Positions 40,471 to 54,875 of a DNA stretch of 64,000 bases are shown in pieces (the stretch's first letter is position 1; every line of letters begins with the position of its first letter). Below the pieces are notes generated by a model that saw only the letters and a list, made by a program, of their open reading frames with translations, was not told where the DNA came from and searched no databases. A program made the position numbers and the translations under genes. Origin of the DNA: Eledone cirrhosa. Its lineage: Eukaryota. The stretch is taken from positions 5,146,001-5,210,000 of the forward strand of contig OZ024755.1 of assembly GCA_964016885.1 (NCBI GenBank), in the 5' to 3' direction.

Positions 40471-43296
40471 ATTGGTGGATTGGCAGAATCGATAGTGTCG
40501 GACCACATGCTTTGTAGCATAGAGTTATAGCCCTTTACAAACAGCAGCTAATAAACTGTCTATGAAATGCAACTTCTAAAGAGACCTGCTAAAATTAAAT
40601 ATGAGCTGTAACAATAATAACAATAACAAGATACCCTAAGTAAGGCTGTGCACCACATTTATGATAGATGCATATGCAAGTTAACGACAACTCCATTCCA
40701 GACAAATTCTACAACAGTTATACACATTGCAATGTAACACCATATTAAAAAATATGAGAAGTGGTATGGCAATCAGGACAAATACCAAGAATGTTTTTTT
40801 TAGTAAATCACTTTATTTTACATCGCTCCAGTCAACTGAGCTTAAAATAAATATCAGTAGCAGCTGGGAGGATAACTTTGTAATGGACTGGTGTCCTAGT
40901 ATCTTAGCTGCTTAACAAACACCAATGAAGCCCTGACCAACTCTGGTCTGATGAGCTTCTGAACTTGAGACAGTAAATTACAATATAACCACGACCAATT
41001 TAGTAGAAAGGGGGGGGGGGGGGGGGTAGGTTTACATGTCTAACCAATTTATGGCCAAATACCGAGCTTAGGACAGTCAAATGCTAGCAGACACTGTACC
41101 ATATTTATGGCAATAATAATAGATGTATATATATGCACACTTAGAAGCACGATTCCATTCCAGAGACATTTAATTAAATTCCACAGCAGCCAACACATTG
41201 AAATATAATTCCATATTAAAACAAAAAAACAACATAATATGTGAAATGTTATGATATCCAGGCCAAATACCAAGTACTTTAAAGAATGTCAAAGTTTGAA
41301 CTCTAACCTAACTGCTGCCATTTCCACAGTTGAAATATGGCACCATCTTGTGATAAAGTGTCTTATTACTTCAAATTGACAGTTAGCAAATATATGTTCA
41401 CATGAAGTACTTTTTTTTGTTTTGGTTTTTAATTTTGACTGTTAAAAGAGAATTTTTATATCATTGACATCCTCATAGTCAGTTCTGAGATTAAGCAGAC
41501 AGATCATTAACACATTTTGGTACCAACCTTGTCTGAAATCAACCTTAATTACTATATAAAGATATATAGTAATTCATAATTAAGTTAAAACATGTTATAC
41601 CTAATTTATTATATAATATTTTTTTTATTACATTATATTCTAAACAACTACTTAACTCTTACATGACCATATTTCTAATGAAATATACCCGGTTTTAATA
41701 AATTAATGAGGAATTTGGAAGGATTTACTAAATTTATTATTTCAATAAGATAAAAGGTTTTTATATATAAAATTATGTTAGAAAATTCTAATTTAAATTG
41801 AAAACCTTTAAAATGGGTGGTTTTATTTCATAGAATCAGCCAGTTTTAGCTGGGTTGGTAACTAAAATGTTAAAACAGAACCAAGGACAGCTTCAAACAG
41901 TTTGGTATCAAAAAGGGCTTACTAGATTTCATTTTTTTTTTTTTACAAAGTCAGAAAAAGCAAGATAAATTATTCCCTTATTTTCTGCTGCCACAATATA
42001 ATAATAATAAAGAAACCCAGTATTTAAGTGAGAAATATAATCCATTCCTGTCTCGTATTTACTTAACTGAAAAATAAATAAAATAAACAAGGGTGTGTGT
42101 AACAGAGAATTTTGAAGTTGTAGAAAGGAACCTGAGCTCCACCCAAGAGGTAGGTACATAAAACAATATTTCTAAATGGGTTGAAAAACAGGAGAGGAGT
42201 GCAGCGTGAGGGTGAGGGGTGGTGACATTGAACCATCCCCCAGACTAATATTTTTTTTTTCAATTTTTTTTTTGTTGCAGTATTGAGTTTCCTTCATTAC
42301 CCCTGCCATGTAAATCTGGGAGCTTTTCATTATTCCCCACCCGAGACAATTCTGTCATCAACTTCCATTCTTTAATACAATTCTCTTTATTTTTTCAAGT
42401 CTGCTTTCCACATTGGCATGGGTTGGACAGGTTGTCACACACTGTCTGAGAGACAGGTCAGAGTGACATCATCTGGTTCATACATTCTATATTTAGCATG
42501 GTTTCTATGGCTAGATGCCCTTCTCAATGCCAACCAACTTACAAAGTAGACTGGGTGCATTCTATCATAGCTCCAGCACTACTATATATATAGAGTGGAC
42601 TCAGTGCATTTTACCATGGCTCCAGAACCACTACTTTACAGAGTGGACTGGGAGTATTTTACCATGGGACCAGTATTTATTATTATTATTGCTTTATCTG
42701 AATTAGAATAGGTACATCTTACTCCTACATATCATAGAGAGTCGGATAACATGCTTTGCTATCATCCTTACGGGGTCAATAAAATAGAACACCAGTAACA
42801 CATTGGAGGTCGATAAAATAGATCCCATCCCCCACAAAGTTGTCGGCCTTGTGCCTAAATCAGAAACCATTATTGCTCAGTATTTGAATTAGAATAGGTA
42901 CATGTTCCCTGTGTATCGTAAGAAGTGAAGAAATAGGTTCACACCAGGGAAGGTACTTTTCTTATACTTTTAATTGTATTTCATGAATTCTAAATAAAAA
43001 TTTGAGAATTATTTTGTCAGATCATAGTGTTCTTGTGACAGATGAACAGAAAAATGCTATGCAATCATTATAATATAAATTACTATATTGAGAATCCTTA
43101 GAAAAACTTGAGAAATGTAGCTAAGGCTCTTAAGTTCAAATCTTGTCAAGTAGTTGACACTGACGGATGAAAGGCAAAGCTGACCTTGGTGGGGATTTGA
43201 ACTTCATTTAAAAGGACATTTAGTTATTACAAAGCATTTTTTTTTGTCCAGCATTCTGCCACTTCATTTCCAGTTGAGTTATAATTAAAATTATAT

Positions 43297-43490
43297 AATA
43301 ATAATAATGTTTCAACTATAGGCACAAGGCCAGCAATTTTTGGGGAAGGAGAAAGTCAATTTAATCAACCCCAGTGCATTACTGGTACTTTATTTTATTG
43401 CCCCCGTAAGGATGAAAGGCAAAGCTACCTCAGCAGGATTTGAACTCAGATCATAAAGGATTATAACTCTATTGATCCACTGCCCTCACA
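43297..43490 (-). mobile_element. SINE family A copy
   Basis: ggcacaaggccagcaa...ctggtactttattttat...aaggatgaaaggcaaag...gatttgaactcaga. Confidence 0.8.
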
Positions 43491-43618
43491 ATAATAAGAA
43501 TAATTATTATTATAGTGCTTACATGAAACCAAGTTGTCAGGTCATTGTTCCATGACAATGGATAGTAAGCCATGTACTGGATGTATTGAGTTCACATGTG
43601 AAGGAAGACTGTATTATT

Positions 43619-43685
<67 letters not shown>

Positions 43686-43687
<2 letters not shown>

Positions 43688-43895
43688 AGAGTTTGGGTCA
43701 CTAACTGATCCAGTTGGATCCCCAAGCGAGACCAGCCAAGCTCATGGTTGGATAACATCCATGATCTTGGCTGGTCACACTTGGGGGATTGAGGCTAGAT
43801 CAGTTGCATCTGATAGGTCCCATTGGAAGGTGTGTTTGAGGACTCTGCCCCCACAACCCTGTCATGAATAAGTGAGCAAAGAAGGGAGATGACTG
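43686..43895 (+). mobile_element. LINE (RTE-like) 3' fragment between (TA)n runs
   Basis: Degenerate P--SW-DNI-DL-W-HLG peptide resembling RTE C-termini; GC-richer island flanked by TA repeats. Confidence 0.45.
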
Positions 43896-44022
43896 GACAA
43901 ATATATATATATATATATATTTATCATCATCATCATCATTTTACATCCGTTCTTCCCTGCTTGCAAGGGTGGGACGGGTCTTATTCAGCACAGCATCTCT
44001 CCACTTGTCACGGTCCTTCGTC

Positions 44023-44055
<33 letters not shown>

Positions 44056-44747
44056 GGTGTAGTGACAAAGTTATAATGATATGTAAAAAGAATGGATTGT
44101 TAAGGAGATGACTGAGCAAATATATATATATGTGTGGGTGTAATGACAAAGTGATAGGACATGTGAAGAGAAGAGCAATAGAGGAGTGACACTCATATGG
44201 TGATTTACAATATAACTAGGATTGAGCTAAAATATTGAGCATGAGTGTGTGTGATGAGGTAGGGGACATCATGATGTATACATATTTGTTTCTTTTAGTC
44301 TATGGCCATACTGGGGCACCATCTTGAAGGGATTCAGGAGATCATAACATGAGTACAGATTTTTTTCAAGTCTGGCACTGATTTTATCGATAGTTATTTA
44401 TCGAACAGTTAAATTACAAGACATAAACAGCAAATGTAAACACAGGCATATCATCAATCACCATGTACATATATATATATTTTCTAAGTAGGAAAGTGGA
44501 GTGACTTTGAAGTTTCAGCTTGATCACTTCATCTCAAATATATATATATATATCATCATCACCGTTTTACGTCCGTTCTTCCATGCTAGCATGGGTTAGA
44601 CGAGTTGTCCTGTTGTGGGCAGTGTCTGGTCGGCTGACTATGCCTTGGTCATACAGGAACTGATTTTGGCTTGATTTCTACAGCTGGATGCCCTTCCTAA
44701 CACCAACCTCATTTACAGTGAGTGCTCGTGTAGGTGTCACGATCGTG

Positions 44748-44990
44748 TAGGTGTCACGACAAAAAAACACACAGTCCACGCTGTAATGTGGCCATGTAGG
44801 CAACACGGTAAAAACCTCCCAGCCCCACACTGTAAATGTGGTTGGTGTTAGGAAGGGCATCCAGCTGTAGAAAACCCGCCAGACAGTCCTATGCGACCTA
44901 GACAATCACTCTTGCCTCAAGTGGGAAAACCCCCGTCCAAACCCATGCAAGCGTGGAACACGGACGTTAAACGTTGATGATGATGATGAT
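44748..44990 (+). mobile_element. Short copy of the same RTE 3' end, inverted relative to 25855-26102
   Basis: Near-identical reverse complement of 25855-26102, ending ggacgttaaacgtt(gat)n. Confidence 0.85.
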
Positions 44991-45094
44991 GGGTGCTTTT
45001 TTGCCGTGGCACCTCCATGACCACTGCAAAGTGGGAGGGTGTGGTGGCATATTGTCTATATGCTCAGCTTGTACCCACCTTTTATGCAGCTGTC

Positions 45095-45370
45095 ATCCTT
45101 CATACGCATCACGTGTCCATACCAACGCAACCGCCTCTCCTACACACAGCATTTGATTCCTCTTATGCTCAGTCTCTCTCTCAATTCATTTATGCTTTGC
45201 TGTTCGTGTATTACTATTGTATCGTGTATTACTATTACACATCCATAGGAGCATGCAGGCTTTGTTTCTTTCTAATCTACATAAGTCTTCCACCTTCAGC
45301 ACCCAGGTCTCACTACCATGTAACATTGCTGTTCGTATACATGCATCATAGTCTGCCTTTCATTTTGAAG
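45095..45370 (-). pseudogene. Degenerate RTE RT fragment related to 26420-26690
   Basis: cttcatacgcatcacgtgtccataccaacgcaacc... aligns by eye to 26428-26690, with indels. Confidence 0.8.
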
Positions 45371-45375
45371 GAAAT

Positions 45376-45419
<44 letters not shown>

Positions 45420-47561
45420 TTCAAGAAATGGCAAGACAAACACAGATGCAAAAACACAAAGTCTTATTAGTATCACACTTAGGAGGAAGTAGAAAAGGGT
45501 TTGACGTTTTGAACATAAGTCCTTCTTCAGGAAATGGGGAGTTCAGAGAGAGGGAAAAGATTGGAACATAAGAGTTTGAAAAAATAATAAAACCCATCGT
45601 ATATGTGTATATATGTATAAACTGAGTTATTGGTATGGAATAAACATAAAAACAATCGAAAACATATCAGTTGGGAATACTGTTTCAATACTGGTTTCTA
45701 GTGAAAGAAAATAGCTGACACCTAAATTTCTCACAAGTTGAAATGCAAATATTGACAGGGATGGGAAATAGAAAACAAAATAAAACGTTCTTGATTTTCT
45801 GGCATCAAAAGAATGGATCACTTAGATTGTGAAAAAAGCCCATTAAATCTTTTGATACCAACCCACATGAGACTGGTATATTTTGATACCAACCCACATA
45901 AGACTGCCTCAAGATTTTATATGAAAAAAACCCACTCATTTTTAGATGTTCATATTGAACCCTTTCATGACCGCATTTCTAATGAAATACATTTTATTTT
46001 AATTAATAAAGAATTTTGAGGGATTTACTAAACTTAATTATTTCATTACTAAGATAGTAACTTAATGTAAAGTTACTATAAAAAATTATGGTGAAAGATT
46101 TTTATTTTAACTGGAAACCTTTATAAATGGGTGATTTGATTTTATAGAACTAGAGCCAGTTTTGGCTGGTTTGGTAACTAAAGGGTTAAAATCCTGTAAT
46201 GATGATCCATAACTTAGTGTTTCAATAAAATATGAACCATTCTTTAAAAAAAGGTACTGGGGTTTATATGAGTTTAAATCTCAAGGCCATGCTTAGCTGC
46301 AGTCCAATGACAGACTAGTAAAATATATAAATAAAAGTTTATCTTATCAGAAATATGGTAATGAAAGGAGGTAATGCAGAGACTTTAACATCAGAACCTG
46401 TCAGATTATGCATAAGAACTTCAATGCAGTAGCAAATAAGGGAAGAAAAAAACAAAACAAAACCCAAACTACATATTAAAACTAACAGTCAAAACGCATT
46501 GAAAAAAATAGAGTGGGAAGGTGAAAGTGGGGCTGGGGTCAGAGAGAAACTTCAAGTAGAAAACACTTCTCAGAAAATATATAACAATTAACAACAGTGC
46601 TGATAATATTAAGAGTGAGGAAATTGTGTCTAGAGAAAGTTGGTTAACATAACAAACAAAATAGGCCACTGCAGCACATAGAAATCTGAAAGTATTGTTT
46701 TCCTAACAAATGTTTTTGATTAATGCTTATAGTTATGTCTATAAAGAAATCTTAGCCTCAGAGTTACTTGAAGTTTTTGTTTTAAATGATATATAAGCTT
46801 TATTTTTGGTTAGTTGTTTCCAGTTTATATATATAATCATGGTTTAATGTCCATATGTATATGATCTGCAGTTAACAGCTGACGAAAGGGTCCTTCGCTT
46901 GTTTCATCCATACTACCATCTTAAACTATATATAGTTGCTTGAATATGTGGTTATAATAAAGAGCCCTCAAAATGTAATCATAGAGGTAAATGTAATATA
47001 TAAAAAACACTTGTATAACATTAACCCAACCATAAAAGACCTCTATTCACAATACCTTGCCTTAGCTACTGTGCATTAGGATTGATTCCAGAACCACTTG
47101 ATTGTGAAGCAAACTTCTTAACCCCACAATCATAAAAAGGAGCAAGTCATAGGGAATATTTGTATTTCCAGTGATAACAGGTGAAAAACATTGAAATGCA
47201 ACAATGTAACTTACGTATGTCAATGAAACTGACAATATATACATTACAAAAAGCTCAAGTTTGGTGACACACTATCAGAATTACAGATTAATTTCTGTAA
47301 TGTATGCTATAGGGTTTTGTAATTTATACCATGTTAAATTAGTGACCATTAGCCCCCAAACATTTTTTAATGTTAAATTAGATAGTATAATAGTACAATT
47401 GATAGTCTCAAATAAAATAGTTTAGCATAAAAACTTGTTTTCAACCACATTCTTGTTTTATAATCCAGCTAGTCATGAAAGTAATTTTAACATTCCTTTA
47501 ACATTTTTTATACTAAACCACCTAAAACAGCCTCTGGTTTTATGATAGAAAAATGCTTTAA

Positions 47562-47751
47562 CCCTTTAACATTTAAACTGGCTGTATCAAGTCAGAATTC
47601 TCACCTCTTTCTGTTCAAACTTGCTGCTCATACTGATGTTAAGTTATTGTTCACAAAATAAATAATATCAAAATCTCAGATTCGATATTATATGAGATAT
47701 TATATAACAAAAATACAATAGTATATATAGAGTAATGTAATTGCTAAAGGG
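47562..47751. mobile_element. piggyBac-type MITE family 1
   Basis: TTAA TSD, CCCTTTA/TAAAGGG ends, shared body. Confidence 0.8.
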
Positions 47752-49079
47752 TTAAAGTGTATATTTATCTAAAAGAACTTCCATCATAATTGTTAAGTTC
47801 TAAACTACAACTTAAAAAAATGAGAAAATTGTGTTACAAAATCCATCCAAATTCTTTATTTTCAAGAACCCATGCCAAAGGAAAGGAATGAGAGGACTTT
47901 TCAGTTATTTCAAAGACATGACAACCTCTGATAATGGTGCTGCCAATATACTCAGTAAAGTGGTTGCTGATAAGAAATGAATCCAGCCATAGAAGACTCA
48001 CCAAATAAAGTGTAGAGAGATATTTAGTTATGTCAAAGACATGACAACATCCCTAGTGCCGGTGTCACAATAAAATGCACCAAGTGTACTCTGCAGAGTG
48101 TGGGAATATAAACCTCCCTTGACCCATCTGAGAGATTAAAGGCTCCAAATACTGATTCAATCTGTGACAACAAATTGAACTCTTGCTAGCAGGGAAAAAG
48201 AATATTAAGTAATGAACGTGATGATTAAAAAAAACAAACAACATAGACAGATTAAGTCTTTGTTCAGTGGGCAATATTGCCCAGGTTGTGAAACCCTGCT
48301 GTAGTAGACAGTTGACTTGCTCATTGAAACTAAAACCAGAATCCTATGGTTTTGAGACAAACTCCTTAACCACATAGCTATTTCTGTGAAAGCAAATTGA
48401 GTAGCCCGACTGCACAAACTTACCTGTGTAAATAACACAACTACTAGGCAAGTTTACTGTGACTGATGACTACTTTAAACAAAAACACCTGCTTAGGACC
48501 TCATGGGGAGAAGAGGGGCATCATTGTTTTCAAATTAAATGTATTTGTCAATCAAAATATTTTTTTGCAGACTTTATATATTTCTAAAGTTTAAAGTGTG
48601 TCTCAGACCCAGAGACTGATCAAGCCAGTGCTTATCCCGGTTTCTGTGAGTACAAGACTCCCCTGGACAGGTTGCCAGTCCACCACAGACATTTTTTACC
48701 AAACACTTGTGGTATGTTTTTGAATATTTACTATACAGGTGAGTGGTGGTAAATGTTTCCTTGTGAGAGTGGGGAATGACACAAAAGAGGTTGGGAACCC
48801 CTGTACTACAGCATCAGGATCACCAATCTCTTGTGAATGGAATTTGTTAAACTGAGACTACAGAAGCCTGTTGCATATAACACATACATAAATGTATGTC
48901 GTGTGATCATGTTAAATGATTATCTTAATCTCTCCAAAGTCACAAAAGTTTTCCTACGAGGATAGACCAACACTATATAAGTGATTCTTAGCTACCAATC
49001 TACCTACCTACCCATTCTTGACAGGGGAAATGAAGTTGAACAAGTTTTCAACACTAAATAAAATTCGATACCGTGTTAA

Positions 49080-49408
49080 TGAGACATTAAATAATGAAGA
49101 TCTATATAATATACTCTACAAAAGACGGGACTGTCGAGTAATAGGGTCTGTTTGATTAGGGTTAACCTAAGCCATAGGTCTTGTTCGATCAGGGTTAAGA
49201 GAGATTAAATAATGTAGTACTATTTAATATACTCTACAAAAGAAGGGACTGTCGAGTAATAGGGTCTGTTTGATTAGGGTTAACCTAAGCCATAGGTCTT
49301 GTTCGATCAGGGTTAAGAGAGATTAAATAATGTAGTACTATTTAATATACTCTACAAAAGAAGGGACTATAGAATCGTAAGGTTTATTCGATAAGGGTTA
49401 ACCTAGGC
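49080..49408. repeat. ~118-bp tandem repeat, about 2.7 copies
   Basis: attaaataatg..atactctacaaaaga.gggact..gagtaatagggtctgtttgattagggttaaccta. Confidence 0.9.
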
Positions 49409-52041
49409 TAAACGACAAAAGCCCTAGCAAAGAATATGAACACAGTTTGTATCATCTATTCACCTGACCTACGATAGACACCCAACGAAATTAAAGATAT
49501 ATCGGAGAATTGTTCTAGAAAGTTCGAAGAATTCAAACGAAATTCCACTGATCTTTTTCGACACGGGTTAATAAAATTCAAAATAACATGGATAAATAAT
49601 CGATACATGATGATTAGAAGAAAAAAAACTTTTGTAAGATACAGTGGTCCCAAAATAAAATATAATTCGATCTAATTTCAAACGGTATAGAAAATGTTTC
49701 CGGTTTAAAAGATTTAGTTAAGAGAAAGAATTTCGAAGCATTTCTAAGCAAACAGTAATGGTATGAACATGCGGTGAGAATGAATGATGAGAACCTGGGA
49801 AACAGGTTAGTGGTGGGTCAAAACGAAATCTAGAAATAGGTCAACGTGAGATTTACATGAAGTGAGAATTATGGAAAGTTGAAAGAATGGCACTGGTTGA
49901 TAGTAGTAGACAAGTGAGAGAGCGAGAGAAAGAAAGATGGGGTGAGAGGTAACGAGGAGGAAAAGTTTGAAAAAGTTGTAAAGATATAGTCATCTTCAAG
50001 AAATTACAAACAAGTTAAAGAGTTTAAACGATTCTCTACAAAGAATCTTCGCCAAAAAAAGAAAAAAGGTTTTAAAATCAGAAGATATTCTAAAGTGGAA
50101 TTAATCATAATTTGAAGATAGAAGTTTTCATGGAACTAAGATTTCTGTGAAAGAAACACTTCTGTGTGGCAGAAGTTGAAGAACACCTACATACTTTAGC
50201 TTTCGGTCGAATGAGAGGAACCTTCCTGTTTTCCTCAAAATAAATAATTAAACTATTAAAAGAAATTTTAAACAAGTAGAAATGTCAAGTTGGATTAATA
50301 ATAACTATAAATAAAGAAACTAATGTTGATTAACTTAGAAGAAAAGCTTTCTAAAGTTTCAAATTATTCTCGATGTCTTCAGTCCATTTTTACTTTTAAA
50401 CAAGTCTTATAACTTTCGTTTTTAATTTCACTTTGTTTTGTAAACTTCGTTTGATATGAAATTTTTACAGATTAAAAACCAATAAAAAAACATAATTCCT
50501 TTTACAAGAGAATGTCATCTGATTATTTCAAAGTAGACAGATTTCTTTCTAACGAAAATGATGTGAACATTCCTAAGATGCTTTTTAAGTGACTTCACAC
50601 ATGAGAGGATAATCCTTACATTATATAGGAGTGGGGTTCTTTTCTTAGTATTTCAATACTTTGGAAGTTGGCATTCAAATAAATATATATATATATATAA
50701 ATGCTTTCTCTCTCTTCCTCTTTTTAATGACGTATGTCATATATTATTTCGATATACGAGATACCTGAATATGTTTCGATATGAGAGAACTTGAATAAGA
50801 ATCAACGAGATCAGAAGAAAAAGGAGGAAAAAACGAGTAACAACTTGTGTGGTTTGTGGCCGGGACTAAAATGATATGACCATTAAGAACTTAACAACCA
50901 CTTGATAGATCCAGCCGATGTTGGAAGCCAAAGTAGCAATAAACTTTCATAAATTTTATAAACAAATTCCAGCCATTTATAAGGTTACTAGCAATAATTA
51001 ATTGTATTTATATTTTATTCTGTAAAAAATATTAAGTATTGTACATGCTATTAAGTTAGACATGGCCTGGATCAATACTGGCCGAAACCTATCAAAGTTA
51101 TATCGTCTCAATATTTTCATTCTGTAAGCATTATATTCTGTAATTATTATATTCATAGAAAGATATAGATATATATAGATATTCGTAGATCGATATAGAA
51201 AAGTAATGATGATATTCTTTTGGTGATGATAAAGTATAATTAAAAATCTGCCTTTAAACTTAACCAGAGTTATTCTCCAGACCACCCACACCCACAAAGG
51301 GTTGATAATTAAATCGAAGAGCCAAGAAACCGCATATATGGTATTGATTTTCAAACTACGGATACGGGTTACTTATGCACCATTGATAGATAAGTTCAAT
51401 TTAAAAAAAACAAACAATAGAGGTACTGACACATTGAAAGTTAATATCTTCCGGCCGAGAATAAAGATACCCAAATAACTCAACAAAAACTGAAATACAA
51501 ACCTTTTATTTAAATGTAAGAAAAGATCACACAAAAAGCAGCTCAATTTACTATTTAAATGCAGCATGTGTGTGTATTGAATAGTGAAAATAAAAGAGAC
51601 AGGTAGTTAATTAGTTCATTGTTTTACGATCGTTTCAGAGGGTCGATTGAGCGTGGTAGATCGATATATCGACTAGCAGATAGTAGTTACACACACAACC
51701 ATCTCGAGATGTTGCTGCAGAGTCGGGCCCCGAAGACTATGATCGAACCCTGAGCTAATCGATATCGAAACAATTGTCATATGCAGTAAAGTTCATTTAT
51801 GGTGCAACCTTGACTTCGTTCCTGGTTACTTGTATACACATACATTTACATATATAGGATATAAATCGAAGTGGTAGCCGCAATATAGCAGATACTACTC
51901 GAATTGTTTGAGAATCACAAAGCACTCAATGGAACGAGAATTTAATACATTATCGTCCAGAGTTAACACAAAAGTTAAAAAGTGTGACACGAATAAAAAA
52001 CGACCGAAGGCTGTGGTCATACATATACCACAACAATAAAT

Positions 52042-52091
<50 letters not shown>

Positions 52092-52133
52092 AAAGATAAC
52101 AAGGACGATTGGTTACTCCTTCATCCACTCCCT

Positions 52134-52202
<69 letters not shown>

Positions 52203-52328
52203 AATGAAACCAGAGCTGAAATCGAAGTCCATTTAAATGATAACCTACAGATAATTATACAATACAATAAACCATTGGAGAGAAAACAGACATCGATTGA
52301 AATGTAATATAGGGTGTTTTGTGCTTAC

Positions 52329-52467
52329 CGAGGGCTTCGACCAGTTGTAACATAACCCCGCCGATATGCAGGTCACCTTTCACTCGGAGACTTTTATCAA
52401 CGTTTAAATCGGTCACATTAATATTTAGCTGCCAAGAGCCATCGATATATCCATTATCAGACATCAT
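52329..52467 (-). CDS. Kindlin/fermitin family (unc-112/FERMT-like) first coding exon, F0 subdomain
   Basis: Encodes [46 protein letters not shown], matching the kindlin N-terminus (DG-W-L---VTDL----LRV-G--HIGGVML-LVE). Polypyrimidine tract and AG acceptor at 52513-52512, so the exon starts at 52511 with a short 5'UTR. Donor G|GTAAG after 52329 (phase 1). Confidence 0.95.
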
Positions 52468-52786
52468 CTTGGACACTTTTAAGGGGGGAACTTGTTAGAT
52501 CCACGCAAGTTCTACAATGACAATGAAATAAAAGAAGAAAAAAATGTTATTTTAAACAAAATTCAAATTTTGTGAAATTTAATTATGAAATAAATATCAA
52601 GTACTACAGATTTCGTTCATAATCAACTAACTATACAGGACGGGGTGGCATTTCGGGAAGTTTGGCCACCTTTAAATATTTACAAATTTAATTAAAGTTA
52701 AGGGAATTTAATGTCCCGGCAGAAACTGATTCACCTTTATCAGGGTGTGCACACACACACATTATATATATATACATACACACACA

Positions 52787-52888
52787 CAGTGGATGTCCCC
52801 CAAAAATTTATACACACTTCAAACTTCAACAGCATTCTAATAATGCCTGGATAGGTAATCAATGTATGTATACATTTTTGTGGGACAC

Positions 52889-52892
<4 letters not shown>
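52787..52892. mobile_element. Small Tc1/mariner-type MITE
   Basis: CAGTGGATGTCCCCCAAAAATTTATAC ... GTATACATTTTTGTGGGACACCCTG inverted termini, within CA/TG repeats. Confidence 0.55.
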
Positions 52893-52923
<31 letters not shown>

Positions 52924-53139
52924 TGCTACCAAGTTTTCGATACGTCAAGTTTGCAAATTAGCTTTCATCAGCATTCCTGACCTTCTTCGTAGTTTTATTA
53001 CAACGACACCAACCACACTTATCTGTCAATAAAAAGACATGTCTAATAGAAAAACCGCACGTAGAGATTTAGTAGATAAGTGCCAACTCAGTCTTGAATG
53101 AGCAGGCGATCCAACTATGACCTCCCCGCCCTTTTATAT

Positions 53140-53600
53140 ATCTAGGACCACATAGACTAATGTAGTTAATCCTTTATAAGATTGTTATGTGAGATTTGGC
53201 TGCTATATTTAGGACCACTTAGTCCCAATGTGTCTGTGCTTCCATTTATATGACAGTTGCATGTGAATAGAGGGAAATTTTGCTGCTATATTTAGGACCA
53301 CTTAATCCAATGTCTCCTTCCATTAATAAGACGGCTTGATGAAAGTTGAAAGGAATTTGGCTGCTATATCTAGGACAACTTAGTCCAACGTGTCCTTCCA
53401 TTGATGAGATGGCTGTAGATGAATACAGGGAAATTTGGTTGCCATATCTAGGACTATTGAATTAATAAGATGGTTGGATGAGAGTTGAGAGAAATTTGAC
53501 TGTTTTATCTTGGATCATATAGTCCGATGTGTCCTTCCATTAACGGGACGGTTGAATGTGAACAGAGGGAAATTTGGTTGCTATTGCTAACTAGTCGAAG
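53140..53600. repeat. Degenerate ~80-bp tandem array
   Basis: Repeated aaatttggctgctatat.taggacca.ttagtcc.atgtgtccttccatt. Confidence 0.75.
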
Positions 53601-53696
53601 GACTACATAGCGGTACCCTTGTACAGTTCATAGATATTTACGCGTGTCAGTGTATAAAATAATACAAGGGTACATGTGCTCTAACAATAACGTACG

Positions 53697-53735
<39 letters not shown>

Positions 53736-54622
53736 ACAGTGTACGTGCAGGAAATACTAAAATATACGACAGTATGTTTAAGAAATATACATATATGTTA
53801 GATCAAGACTGTTTAACACTTTTAAACATTATTTACAAATGGAAAATACTGTTAGATTTGCTGTTATCAAACTTTCACATAAGTAAACTTTGTCTGACAT
53901 TAACAACTTTAAGAAAAATTAACTGCTCTATCAGCACGACTGGTGCGAAACTAACAGTTTTATTCCAAATGGTTTAAAATACCGCCCCTGCTACAGCTGT
54001 CATTATGATGCCTGAAAAATCCCTCCTCAGTTATGTCTGAATAGTTTCGTGTTTAATTCTATGTTGATGTCAAAACCAGTTTAAATTATTTTCTTAATGT
54101 ACAAAATACACATCGTTACATTAACTACATAAACACATAAAACCTGAACATGTCAGTTTCAATTGCGTATATACATACACAGATAGATCAGTGTGTATAT
54201 GTATGTGTGGTGATTAGCCCTAGGACGGAAATGAGTAGACTTATCAAATGTACTCCAGACGTGACCATCCCGTATTCCTTTCAGGCACATAGTGTACCCT
54301 GGATTCCATTATCCCATATGTTCATCCTTCTTTAAGATGGTAGGGTGTTATTTGAAGGATGTTTAGTTGCTATTTTTGGCAAGTCGAGTGATCATGTAAG
54401 TAGCTCCCCCGATGAACGTGTATGTGAGTGTGTGATGAGAAAGGATGTATTTCTCTTGCGTGTGTCTGTGCAGTTGACTGTACAGTGTGATAGGTGGTAG
54501 CGGCAGAGGTGAAGAAACTAATAACTTTCATGAAGTATTTTTTTTTTTCATACGGTAAAGAACACACGGTAAAATGTAATAAAACTCCGATCAATCGATA
54601 TTGCGTTTGCATGTATGGATAC

Positions 54623-54810
54623 CTTTGAAAGTTGACAATTTGTTCTTAAATGTTTCCAACTCTTCTATGATTTCTTCCAGTATGAAGAGAGAAAAAAATA
54701 AATATCACTGAGTGCCCGACCGGCTTGTTATGTTAGTCCGGAGGCCAGGACGAGTAAAGTAAAGAGACGGTTAGTAAGCCATTTGTGAAGCAACTTGCTT
54801 TGGTCACTGC
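54623..54810 (-). other. Putative non-coding first exon (5'UTR) of the kindlin gene
   Basis: The first coding exon has its own acceptor, so an upstream exon is required. Donor-like AAAG|GTATCC at 54623/54622, just downstream of a CCAAT/CRE cluster in CpG-rich unique sequence. TSS position is approximate. Confidence 0.45.
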
Positions 54811-54875
54811 TAAGTGCGCTGTCCTATGACGTAGTGTGTTGAGGAGGAAAAACACGCACGCTGATTGGCTCACTC
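54800..54875 (-). promoter_or_regulatory. Putative core promoter: NF-Y CCAAT box and CRE-like site
   Basis: Minus strand reads AGCCAATCAG at 54870-54861 (full NF-Y consensus); TGACGT at 54827-54832; Inr-like GCAGT near 54810-54806. Confidence 0.5.

Larger units (their letters stand above)
18882..52328 (-). other. 33.4 kb GT-AG intron of the kindlin gene
   Basis: Lies between two phase-compatible exons whose peptides are contiguous in kindlins; no other kindlin-like peptide seen inside. Confidence 0.85.
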